64,000 nucleotides of DNA from Histomonas meleagridis 2922-C6/04-290x (lineage: Eukaryota; Protista; Parabasalia). The position numbers and the translations under genes are program-made. Positions 54,234 to 64,000 of this stretch are shown here, one piece after another (position 1 is the first letter of the stretch; each line of letters opens with the position of its first letter). The DNA is taken from positions 62,001 through 126,000 of the forward strand of contig JAANOX010000079.1 of the NCBI GenBank assembly GCA_020184695.1. Reading direction: 5' to 3'. The notes under the pieces were generated by a model. That model did not search any database and was not told the origin of the DNA. It was given only the letters and a program-made list of their open reading frames with translations.

Positions 54234-55205
54234 TTACAATTGAGACATTTTATATAAACCAAATTGTTTTAGTATTGGCTCAAAATACACATCCTCTTCT
54301 TCATCATCCTCTATAATTTCAAATTTTCCTGAGCCAGCACAAATCAATCCATCCTTTGGTGATGGCACTGCAAGTGGAGTAGGGCCATTTCCAACTTCAC
54401 CAATTAGTTGGAAATTATTATTTACATCATAGATTTGCGCTTCTTTTTCTTCATTTCCAATTATTAAATAAATTTCATTTGATCCCAATGAAATATATCT
54501 ACTCGTTTTCCTACATGTTTGGAAATGATTGCATGGAATATTCGGTGATCTCATGTCTATGCAATATACTTCATTTTCTAATCTTGCAGATGTTATTAAA
54601 AAATCATTATTCCAATTTTGGGAGTCTAGTCCATGATTATGAAATTTAGATGTTAATACACATTCATAAGTACGACTATCGATGTAAATTAAATCACCTG
54701 TAGAAAGCCCAAGCGAAATTATAGATGATAACTTGTGAGATGAAACACTAAGAATACTTCCGGGGCACTTCAAAATTGGGGTGCCCAGTTTTTCGGATCT
54801 TGAAATATCGCATTGAAAAAGTGCTTTTGTACCACCAGCTAAAATAGATGCACCATTAAATAACAATGAGGTAAGTGATGCTGCTCGATCGCCTTTGCAT
54901 TGACAACGGTAACTAGATCTTATATGACCATCATTAGAGTCAATTAAGTAAATTGGGCACATAGGACAAACAGAAGCATACGCACATGAAGAAGGATTAT
55001 TAATATCCATAAGAGGATACCATACTATGTCTGTCACGGTTGTTGGGTTTTTGATTGTAAAAGGATTTGAAAAATCAGAAATCTTAATTATCTGTAAATC
55101 ATTGGAAAACGAAGACACAATTACTGATGATCCGTCGGGAGACCATACAATTCTTCTTGGTAAAAATTCTGTTTTTCCTTTGTCTTGTAATAAAAAATTA
55201 TTCAT
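54234..55205 (-). CDS. WD40 protein, TCAB1/WRAP53-like
   Basis: WSPDGS and DIVWYPLM...CAYASVCPMCPIYLIDSNDGHIRSSY resemble the TCAB1 WY..M...PIHIWDA..G..RASF block. Confidence 0.7.
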   Translation of the reverse strand: MNNFLLQDKGKTEFLPRRIVWSPDGSSVIVSSFSNDLQIIKISDFSNPFTIKNPTTVTDIVWYPLMDINNPSSCAYASVCPMCPIYLIDSNDGHIRSSYRCQCKGDRAASLTSLLFNGASILAGGTKALFQCDISRSEKLGTPILKCPGSILSVSSHKLSSIISLGLSTGDLIYIDSRTYECVLTSKFHNHGLDSQNWNNDFLITSARLENEVYCIDMRSPNIPCNHFQTCRKTSRYISLGSNEIYLIIGNEEKEAQIYDVNNNFQLIGEVGNGPTPLAVPSPKDGLICAGSGKFEIIEDDEEEDVYFEPILKQFGLYKMSQL

Positions 55206-55261
55206 TTTCCCACTTAGTCGTAGTTGACCGTTTATATTATCGGTTATAACCGTTTAAACTA

Positions 55262-55858
55262 ATGGAAAACGAAAAAAAATTCTTGAGATGGCTATCAAAC
55301 AGAAATGGAAAAAGGATTGGGTCAATTTTAGAGGCCCAGAAGGGCGAAGCAATATGTCGCTATTTGTGCAAGATTGCTGGTCTAAATGATGAAATTGATG
55401 AAATAAAAAAAGGAGAAACAGATGATGAAAGGAAGTCAAATTATGAACTCGCAATGCTCTGCTATGAGACAATTGGGATAGATTTTTATTTTGATATCGA
55501 AAAATTGTCAAGAAATGATATTACAGAATTTAAAAAATTTGCTGAAGAACTTATGACATTAGATGAGGAAGAAGAAGATACGTTAGGAATTGGTGATGAT
55601 GAAAATGATGAAATTTCTATTCTTTTAGATGAATTAGATATGGACCTTGCAAATAAATTAAATGAGGCAATAGAATTCAAAAAAGAACTTGACAGCTATG
55701 GGACAGAACGAGATTTCTATTTATCTAAGCTCCTCAAAATTGAATCAATTTGCTCTAATTTTTCTCAAACTGATTCTAAATCAGTTATGGATATCTTGCG
55801 TTTGTCTTCAAATGACTTTCAGCCTGTTAAAAGTCCAAATTCGGATGGGAAATTGTAG
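55262..55858 (+). CDS. EB1/MAPRE-like microtubule end-binding protein
   Basis: Divergent CH-like N-terminus and the EBH motif ERDFYLSKLLKIE. Confidence 0.75.
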   Translation: MENEKKFLRWLSNRNGKRIGSILEAQKGEAICRYLCKIAGLNDEIDEIKKGETDDERKSNYELAMLCYETIGIDFYFDIEKLSRNDITEFKKFAEELMTLDEEEEDTLGIGDDENDEISILLDELDMDLANKLNEAIEFKKELDSYGTERDFYLSKLLKIESICSNFSQTDSKSVMDILRLSSNDFQPVKSPNSDGKL

Positions 55859-56187
55859 AATATATTGTATGTATCAATTTTTATAACATATTTTTTATAA
55901 CATAATTTTTATAACATATTTTTTCATATTTTTTTATTTAAAAAATACTAGGTAGATTCACAATTGCAAACAGATTTTGTTTAATTAAACTTGTCATGAT
56001 AATTCATTATTACAAACTGTGAAAATTTTGTGACCACTCCGACTCAAAGATATATAAAGAGATGAATAAAATTTAATATTAATATTGATAACTTAATTTT
56101 ATTATCACAATGCTCAAAATTTATTCCATCTTCCTTGTGGTGTAAATCATTCAAAAGTGACTTTGGGGTGCCTTGTTTCTAGACTGG

Positions 56188-58287
56188 ATGGAAGTTGACC
56201 AAAATATCCTACAACAAGTAATTCAAATGTTAGAGATGACATTGGATCCAAATTCACAGGAAAAAGTTTTCGAAGCTTTTGTTTCATTTTCACAAAATCC
56301 TCAATTTATATTATATCTTTCTATTATTATTTCTAAACAAGAAATACCAGAAGTTATAAGGACACAAGCATGCATACAAATGCGTAGATATTTACAATAT
56401 TCAAATCCTGAAACACTTCAAATTATTAACAACTTTTTAGGGCCATCAATTCAATATGTTTTTAAAATCAAACCTAGCATCCTTGTGAGGCAAGCGGCTG
56501 CACTTCTTTCCACTCTTGTGTACTCTTATAATATAATTATTTTTCCTCTGATTCAAAATATTCTTTCTGAAATAATACAATATCCTGAAATTGCAGAAAA
56601 CGCTTTTATTTTTATCGAAGAATTTCTTATCGAAGCTGAAGCACACAAAACTTCTTTTTCCTTGAATCCAGATTTCATTAACTCTTTTTCAAAATTTGTT
56701 TTTGCTCCTTATTCCACACTTGTTATCAAGACGGCTATGCATCTCAGCCGTATTTATTCCAACTCATTTCGTCCAACTCTTATTCCATTACTCATTACAA
56801 ATTTCAATGCGCTTTCAGAAGAAGCCACACAGTATACAATAGAAATCATTGGCAATTCCATTTTTGATGATAGGAACGATATTGATTTAATTAATTTTGT
56901 CATTTCCTGCATATCTCATCCATATGAACCTACAGCAATTTCAGCCGCCAGAATCTTTCAGAATGATCAAATGATACCACTACAAGAAGCGTGCATCCTA
57001 CAGCTTGCCCAAATGACCGGTCGAAATTTTGACTTGACACAATATAATTTGTCAACCCAATGTTTGGAAACCTTAACCGATCTCCTTAGTATACATCCTG
57101 ATGAAGTTATGAGGGTTCTATATCCTCGTATTCAAACAGCTCTTCAATCTCAAGATGAACAACAAACGAAATGTTCATTACGTTGTTTATCAATAATTCA
57201 TACTAAAATCGACAAAATATCTGAACTTGTTGATTTTGTTCTTCCTTTTCTTAACAGTCCTCTTGTTTGTGATGCAGCATATTGTTTGGCTTCCATAGCT
57301 GAAACGAATCCACAATTCAAAAAAAGTGTCATTGATGTTTTGTTTATGTGCATTCAAAATGTTCAATTCCCTCAAAAAGTGAGAAGTCAAATTCAATCGT
57401 TTATTCCACCGTTATTATGCAATATCTTACTTCCACCAGATCCTTATATAAAAATATTATTAACATTACTCATGAATACGCAAGAACCTTATGATCAAGG
57501 ATTATTATTATATTTACTATCAAAATTTCTCGAAAATGTCACAACATTAGAAGATTATGATAGTGTTAATGCTTTAGTACAAGTAGCTTATCTAGCTTTA
57601 AAAAACTTTGATGTTTTTGGCTCAGCTGCTCTTCATTTATTTGGTAATATTATTGTGAAAAATAGAAATGTTTTCCAACAAGTTTTAATTGAAGTTTCAG
57701 AAAAAGCTTTTCAATCTCTAAGTGATGTGGAGAACGTTAATTTGGTCTGTTATTCAATTCACTTTTTCATGCAAGCGGCGGTTGCGTCGGTTCTATACAA
57801 TTTACCTATCGTTGAGATTATTGGAAAAGTGTCACCATGTATAGTACAATTATTAAGAACAGAATCAAGATTATATGCATGGGATTTCTTAATATGTTTA
57901 CATGACACTTATAAAGATTGCTTTTATGCATTGATGGACGTGTTTATGCGTGTTATTGTCGAAACTCCTAATGATGAGAGATTAGAAGTTATCGGAAGAA
58001 TTGCAATTATTACTTCGTATTGTATCGATGATAAAGGAAAGGAAGTGATCAATGCATTTGGAAATGATATAATGAGAGTACTTCAGGAAGGATTTAAGTT
58101 TTGCGTGGAAGATTCTAACATCGAAAGGAAGCGAATTGGCTTCTGTATTGCAAAGGTTTATTTGGTTGCGCAAGCGCCAGTTCCCCAGAAAATATTTGAA
58201 GATCTGCTTCTCATATTTTCGGATTATATGTCTGAAGAAGAGAAAAAAAACTTTTCTCCAATACTTCACGCTTTGTACAAACAATGA
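56188..58287 (+). CDS. Importin-beta/transportin-like HEAT-repeat protein
   Basis: N-terminal IBN-like segment (EVIRTQACIQMR) and HEAT repeats over 700 aa. Confidence 0.65.
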   Translation: MEVDQNILQQVIQMLEMTLDPNSQEKVFEAFVSFSQNPQFILYLSIIISKQEIPEVIRTQACIQMRRYLQYSNPETLQIINNFLGPSIQYVFKIKPSILVRQAAALLSTLVYSYNIIIFPLIQNILSEIIQYPEIAENAFIFIEEFLIEAEAHKTSFSLNPDFINSFSKFVFAPYSTLVIKTAMHLSRIYSNSFRPTLIPLLITNFNALSEEATQYTIEIIGNSIFDDRNDIDLINFVISCISHPYEPTAISAARIFQNDQMIPLQEACILQLAQMTGRNFDLTQYNLSTQCLETLTDLLSIHPDEVMRVLYPRIQTALQSQDEQQTKCSLRCLSIIHTKIDKISELVDFVLPFLNSPLVCDAAYCLASIAETNPQFKKSVIDVLFMCIQNVQFPQKVRSQIQSFIPPLLCNILLPPDPYIKILLTLLMNTQEPYDQGLLLYLLSKFLENVTTLEDYDSVNALVQVAYLALKNFDVFGSAALHLFGNIIVKNRNVFQQVLIEVSEKAFQSLSDVENVNLVCYSIHFFMQAAVASVLYNLPIVEIIGKVSPCIVQLLRTESRLYAWDFLICLHDTYKDCFYALMDVFMRVIVETPNDERLEVIGRIAIITSYCIDDKGKEVINAFGNDIMRVLQEGFKFCVEDSNIERKRIGFCIAKVYLVAQAPVPQKIFEDLLLIFSDYMSEEEKKNFSPILHALYKQ

Positions 58288-58629
58288 TTATGAACAATGT
58301 TTATGTTTTGTAAGTAAATTATATAAAAAACCTAAAAAATATTGTTAAATAATTAATAAATTTAATGAGAAAAGATTCTTTAGTGTGAATGTTAATTAAT
58401 AAAATGCATTATAATGTAATAAGTTATCAAAATTTAAGGTAAATCGTTTCATTAGAAATTTATTTCTACTTTTATTGTTTAGAAAATTTAATATATAAAA
58501 AAGTTACACGTATAAAATAATTTTTTTTCTCTCAAAAACAGTTCAAATGAACAAAAATATAACAAGAAAATAAGTTTTATTTAAATAAAAAAATTCTCTT
58601 GAAAAATTATCAAAACATTAGCTTTATTA

Positions 58630-59649
58630 TCAATTGGCAATCTCATCTCTTACTTCATCGAAGTATGGATGATTCATAGCTTCTTTAGCTGTTATTCTTT
58701 CCATATGATCAAACTTTAAACATTTTGATATCAAATCGATTGCATCTGGCGTAGCCAAATGTTCGTTATTTTTTGTTATAAATGACGAAAGTCTTTTGGC
58801 TCGTGTTTGTGGGATATCCATTTCTGGAGGCAGATCAATCCCATATTTATCGATATAAGACTTAAATGAATCGTATCCCAAAATTGATACGATTTTAGAT
58901 ACCATATCAAGATCATTATTTCCATTAAAAAATGGCATTTTTTTAAATATGATCCCGGCCATAGTAACACCGAACCCCCAAATGTCAATAGAATAATCGT
59001 AATATTGATAATCTACAAGAAGTTCAATGGACTTAAAATGACGAGATGCAACATGAATGTTATATTTAGTACCAGGATGATAAAATTCTGATAGCCCCCA
59101 GTCAATTAACCTGAGTTTTTTGGAAGATCTATCATACATAACATTTTGAGGTTTGATGTCTCGATGCATAATTCCATGAGAATGAGCATGTTGAAGAGCT
59201 TTGAGTAAGTTAAAAAGATAAAACTTGGCCTCATGAGGTGTAATTGTTTGCATTAATTCTGTGATACTAGGTGAATTAATATACTCAAAAACAAATGTTA
59301 ATTGGCCTGTGACTGGATCTTGAACAATGTCTTCGAGTTGAACTATGTTTGGACCACTTTTCATATTCAGTAAAATTTTTGCTTCTCGATTATATTTCAG
59401 TGTTCGAACAGGTTTCATTACTTTCAATACCACTTTTTTATTTCCTCTATATCCAATAAACACATCACTGTATTTCCCTGTAGCAATCCAATCTGCAATT
59501 TCATATTGATCAGGAGGATTAATTGGAAGTTCCCAATTTTCGGAGTCGTACCAACTTGGTCCAAGTTCTTGATTTACATTGCAATAAACTTTACTCTTTG
59601 TTTCTATTTTATATTTTGGTGCAATAACTTGTACCGCTCTCCCCCTCAT
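58630..59649 (-). CDS. Casein kinase II alpha-like catalytic subunit
   Basis: GKYSDVF, REAKIL, HRDIKPQN, IDWGLSEFYHPG, DYQYYDYSIDIW and HPYFD. Confidence 0.95.
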   Translation of the reverse strand: MRGRAVQVIAPKYKIETKSKVYCNVNQELGPSWYDSENWELPINPPDQYEIADWIATGKYSDVFIGYRGNKKVVLKVMKPVRTLKYNREAKILLNMKSGPNIVQLEDIVQDPVTGQLTFVFEYINSPSITELMQTITPHEAKFYLFNLLKALQHAHSHGIMHRDIKPQNVMYDRSSKKLRLIDWGLSEFYHPGTKYNIHVASRHFKSIELLVDYQYYDYSIDIWGFGVTMAGIIFKKMPFFNGNNDLDMVSKIVSILGYDSFKSYIDKYGIDLPPEMDIPQTRAKRLSSFITKNNEHLATPDAIDLISKCLKFDHMERITAKEAMNHPYFDEVRDEIAN

Positions 59650-59967
59650 TAAAAACGTTAAAGCAGTTAATTGTCGTCAGTTTATTAAATCCAGATATCA
59701 TGTTTTCATAAAAACAAACATTTTTTGGTGCTGTAAAATTTAATCATAGATAAAAAACAAACTAAACTTTTATTATCAACATGCTTTGAATGTTTTCGCG
59801 AAAAATCAATAAACGATAAATTTCAGACAACTGAATTAGTAATCGCTTGAGATAACAATGTCCACTTTTCACGTGAGATCTAAGGAATATCAAATGGAAG
59901 AATGAATAATGCTGATGTATCCTGGGAATACGCCATTTGATTTTGCCTGAGCTTGTGTTAACACAAT

Positions 59968-60508
59968 TTATTGTACGCAACAAGTGATTCTATATCGTTT
60001 TTCATTGGTTAGATTTGATTTACAAATTCGAGTAAAATGTTTACTTGGATCAGCCATAGTTTGAACACCATTTTTGCCATACATAGGAATTAAAAATTTT
60101 GATCTGAATTTTCCAAAAGTATCTAATTTTGTGGCATCAGGAACTGCACAAAATGCGAATATTTGCATTGGATCTTGAACTCCGTCTGTACCCAGTGGTT
60201 TTTTAGCAGCTGCTTGTGATGCAAAATGAGATGAATTATCACGCACATTTCTGGTAGCTGAAAGAATTCTTTCATATGCTTATGTACCCTCTTAGAATAA
60301 AATGAACCAGGTGTGCGTATCAAAAAAGACTATCTTTATCTCCTATTCGACAATCATTTTGAAAATTTTAAATGTCATTTCAATTTCTCTCTGTGCTTTT
60401 TGAAAACATTGCCGTGCTTGAGCTTCTATAACACTAAGGTCAATCATCATTTTTGATGGATCAACACCTTTTGCTTTTCCGAATCCAAACACATAATTTT
60501 TGCATCAT
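59968..60508 (-). pseudogene. Degraded ORF of unknown family
   Basis: ATG at 60508, an apparent +1 slip in an A run, then one frame with three internal stops that runs into the listed 92-aa ORF. Confidence 0.35.
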
Positions 60509-61993
60509 TTTTATTGAAATTGAATTGAAAAATCCGTTAATTACAGTTTTTACAAATAACAGAAAGAAAAAAATGAACTTTACTTATCAACGGGAATATG
60601 AAACTGTTTGTTTGCTACCAAACGTATGGTGAAGAACAATAGTGTTTGTTTTCAGTGATTCTATTTTATGAATTTAATTTAATCATTTTCGATTTGGAAA
60701 AATTCGTATTCATCAAATCCTCCACTAATTTTCTTTACTTTTATAAGTCACATCCCAGCGCATTGTGGTTTATTCCTTAAAAATTGAAATTAACTTCATT
60801 TGTAAATGATCAATCAAAATTTGTTCTACAGAGATTTTATGACATTGAACCAAAGTTAAAGTGAACAAAGAGAGTTTTGGTTATGAAAGATATAAGAGAA
60901 TAAAACAAATGTTAATATTTTGTTCAAATGAAGAAATTCATGAATTTTTTTTCTGAGATTCACCTTAAGTAAGCAAATTCATTGCTGAAAGCATTTGTAA
61001 TTCTGAAAATAATATTCATATTATTCATTTGTAGATAGAAATGTAAATTAACATTTTTCCAACTGTTTCTTAAAATGCAATAAATATTTTTGATAAATTT
61101 GATTTTAAACAAAACTATTAATATAGTAAAATGTTTTATAAATTTTTGAGTATATGCCAATAATTTTAATTTGATTATTGCTTAGATTGTTTCTAATATA
61201 TGGCTTTTGATATCTTTGTATTTATTTTCTCAAAAATAAAATGTTGTCAAAAACATAATTTATTTTTCAAATTAATCATCTAGAAATATTGGTCATTGCA
61301 TTAAATTTGGTGTTTTTATTTATAATATCTTAAATAAATATATTGAATGAATAAATATATTTTTTGAAATTATTTGATCATTTTCAAGATATAATCGAGA
61401 TAAAATTTGTCTTCTGTATTTGGGCCCAGAGATTTAAGCCTTCAAAGCTGTTTAAATAACGAGGGCATTGCGTAAGATGATAACTTAAAAATTGAATACA
61501 TACCCAACAGAGATTTCCGTGATAAAATAGTTTTTCAGTATATTATTTGGTCATGGTATTGAAAAATTACTCTGAATGTTGAATGATGTTGGTTAGCTAA
61601 TTGAAATTTTTGGTTCTGTACAAAAAAAAGCTACTAAAATTTCCATATATATAATGGAAATAATAAATTGATTAGAAGAATACATTAATAAGAAGTAAGG
61701 TGCATTCTATTTTCTTCTTGATGATCAATCGTATATACTATAAAAATGTATAATTCTAGTTTGATGTATTCAACATTTCACTCAAAAAGAAACGTTTCAC
61801 ATCATTTTTGTGAAAACAACGTATTTCCGGAAAATTTCATTCAAATTTTTACCAGTTCGATTGAAATAATTCTGGGAAGATGACGGTAAAAATTCTTGGC
61901 ATTGAATTTTGTGGATATACATAGAAAAGAAAACAAAATTTTTTCAAACAATTGAAGTTTGCGCAAACTTAAAACATAAAATAAAAACATATT

Positions 61994-62563
61994 TTATTCA
62001 TAAGGCAAAACCCTTTCCCGCTCATTCCTTGGTTCAGTTTTATTATGATTTTCATTCTGAACATTATTTCTTGAATCAATTGGTATATTCTCATATTCAT
62101 TATTTTGCCATATTATTGGAAGTGGCTCAGATGAGATATCACTTGATGTCGTTAAATTATTCTTTTCCAACATCAAAAATTGACATGTATCAGAATCAGA
62201 ATATGATTTTGATTCTGATTTACCGAATTCTTTTCTTGAACACTTTATATTTTTCTTCATATCTAACACGCGAGCCATTTCTCTTGCAATAGATTGATCT
62301 TCTTTTTGAAATATTCCATTAAATCGATCAGTTTGATTTACAATTTTGCATTCAATCACATCCCCTTTTTTAATTCCTTGACTTTCTAGTGTTTCCGAAG
62401 GATTAAGAATGCATCCATTAAAAAATAAATATATTTTCTCATGCTGAAAACATGAAAACTGTAATAAGCTTGAAAGCTCTGCAGCTGTGGATTTCTTGTG
62501 AGTTACTACTGTCAGAATTAGGTCAGGAAGCCATTGAATTTTGACCTTCAGTTCATCGCCCAT
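61994..62563 (-). CDS. Ubiquitin-like-domain protein
   Basis: IYLFFNGCILNPSETLESQGIKKGDVIEC matches the UBL pattern. First ATG at 62563. Confidence 0.7.
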   Translation of the reverse strand: MGDELKVKIQWLPDLILTVVTHKKSTAAELSSLLQFSCFQHEKIYLFFNGCILNPSETLESQGIKKGDVIECKIVNQTDRFNGIFQKEDQSIAREMARVLDMKKNIKCSRKEFGKSESKSYSDSDTCQFLMLEKNNLTTSSDISSEPLPIIWQNNEYENIPIDSRNNVQNENHNKTEPRNERERVLPYE

Positions 62564-62980
62564 AAGGCTTTCTGGAAAAGGATTTTTTTCTGGAAAGTAC
62601 AATCAAAAAGTGCTTTTGTTTTCAATAAACAATTGAGTTTTTGTGTGTTAACATCAGGGCACCGATCATAGCCGCAAAAAAGTTTTGGTCGACCAAATTC
62701 AGCATTCATTTTGTACCAAAGTCTGATTATTTTGGATAGACAAAACAAAATGTAATAGAAATTTGAAATGGAAGCCATGAAAAATTATTGTACCTTTTCA
62801 TTCCATTTGTGATTTTTGTTTGTAATTTATAAAAAGTAACCAATATAAGAAAATAATAACATGAAAAATTGAAAATATGTCAAGCATAAAAATCGAATTA
62901 GATTAAGCTTAAAAAAATCTAAGAAAAAATTGGTTAATGAAATGATATTTGTTGCACGTTAAGATAAGATTTTTAAACGG

Positions 62981-63895
62981 TCATTTTTTGAATAGTTTAC
63001 TGAACCATTGAAGAAAACCTGATGGAGGTGCCTTAACGAAATTACTTGGTGGCTCATCACTATACTGTGCCATGTACATCAACGACTGCTTATCCAACAG
63101 TCCACCACAATCAAATTTTTGTTCCTCAAGAATTAAATCAATATATGTTGGAGGGAGCCAATACTGATAATTGAAATCTAGAATTGAGCAGTTGACGTAA
63201 AGTGTTGCACCGCTTCTATATGAACCATGTCCTTCATGGACATGACCAAAGATATGCAAAGGCGTTTTGACTTCATACAGTTTCATTGCAAGATATGGAT
63301 CTCCATATGAAAAAAAGTCCAGACCATAATCAAATATTCCTGCTGGAGGAGAATGGGTTACCACGACATCGTGTTCAGGAGTTATTTTATTCCATTCTTC
63401 TCCTTTGGCTTCTTTATATGTACCAAATGCCCAACCTCTGATAATAGGTGAACGAGGTGAACAGAAAAACTTGATTCCAAGAATTTCTACAGTTTCATCT
63501 TCTGCATAAATAATTGATTTTTCTTGTTTTATTATATCTTTACTTAGTTCTGGTGGTGTTTCATAACCAAATTGTTTAAATATTTCCGAAAGTTCCTCGC
63601 GAAGACTTTCATCGAATGAAACTTCATGATTTCCAGCAACTGCTAGAAAATATTGAGCTGGTAGTGATTTAAACCAATTGCAAAAAGAGGTTACATCTTC
63701 AGGCTTCCCAACGTTGGTAAAGTCTCCAGCATGAATAGCAATGTCAACAGGAAATATTGTTGATTGAGGAATTTTTTCATGAAGCCTGTGAGTATCAGAC
63801 ATACACATAATACGTATAGCTCCTTCTGGTTTAGGTTTTGATGGGTCGTCTACAATATGTGGGGTCCAGCGAAGAACGTCTTCTTGACTTTTCAA
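62981..63895 (-). CDS. Calcineurin-like metallophosphoesterase (MPPED/239FB-like)
   Basis: SDTH, HAGDFT, AGNHE, THSPP and FGHVHEGHG motifs. The N-terminus has no in-frame ATG (TTG at 63895). Confidence 0.88.
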   Translation of the reverse strand: MKSQEDVLRWTPHIVDDPSKPKPEGAIRIMCMSDTHRLHEKIPQSTIFPVDIAIHAGDFTNVGKPEDVTSFCNWFKSLPAQYFLAVAGNHEVSFDESLREELSEIFKQFGYETPPELSKDIIKQEKSIIYAEDETVEILGIKFFCSPRSPIIRGWAFGTYKEAKGEEWNKITPEHDVVVTHSPPAGIFDYGLDFFSYGDPYLAMKLYEVKTPLHIFGHVHEGHGSYRSGATLYVNCSILDFNYQYWLPPTYIDLILEEQKFDCGGLLDKQSLMYMAQYSDEPPSNFVKAPPSGFLQWFSKLFKK

Positions 63896-64000
63896 TTTTC
63901 GATTTGCGCTATAAGACGTTTATTTGTAAGGAAAGAAATTCTTAAATGGAAAACAGGAAATAAGTGATGAAAATGTATCGTATTTTAAAAGAATGATAAA

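Noticed and set aside
60240-60360. Stop-codon reassignment suggested by in-frame TAA/TAG here and at 3921 and 16556
   Set aside because: Conserved genes in the window end normally at TAA, TAG or TGA and contain no internal stops.

Overview
This is AT-rich eukaryotic DNA, most likely from a parabasalid protist (Trichomonas/Tritrichomonas-like). That assignment is inferred from the BspA-like LRR surface proteins, the ankyrin gene family, a mariner element and densely packed genes with no canonical introns visible. Ordinary content includes a DOCK GEF, CK2 alpha, Rab11-like, Ras-like, COMMD2, SPCS3, TCAB1-like, EB1-like, importin-beta-like, a subtilase, RRM proteins, tRNA-Lys(UUU), a mariner with a nonsense mutation and two bacterial-like genes. 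The main discovery is in four ankyrin-repeat genes (about 10.0-12.5, 12.9-14.8, 25.6-27.3 and 51.8-54.0 kb). They look truncated in the ORF track, but they are intact 29-30-codon ankyrin blocks separated by U-rich spacers of mostly exactly 80 nt. Each spacer parses as four 17-nt elements (5'-RT...TT-3', never ending in AG) alternating with single codons. Removing the 17-mers rebuilds typical ankyrin beta-hairpin linkers (for example NDKD-KEGK-TALM, NEKN-SEGW-TVL, NYRN-HDGN-TAL) with no stop codons. Spacers of 63 and 29 nt correspond to three and one element. I counted by hand 72 such elements in 19 linkers (69 of 17 nt, 3 of 18 nt). This implies an excision or bypass system, unknown to me, that works on 17-nt non-canonical intervening sequences and 3-nt micro-exons. 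The mechanism is inferred and needs RNA and protein data.
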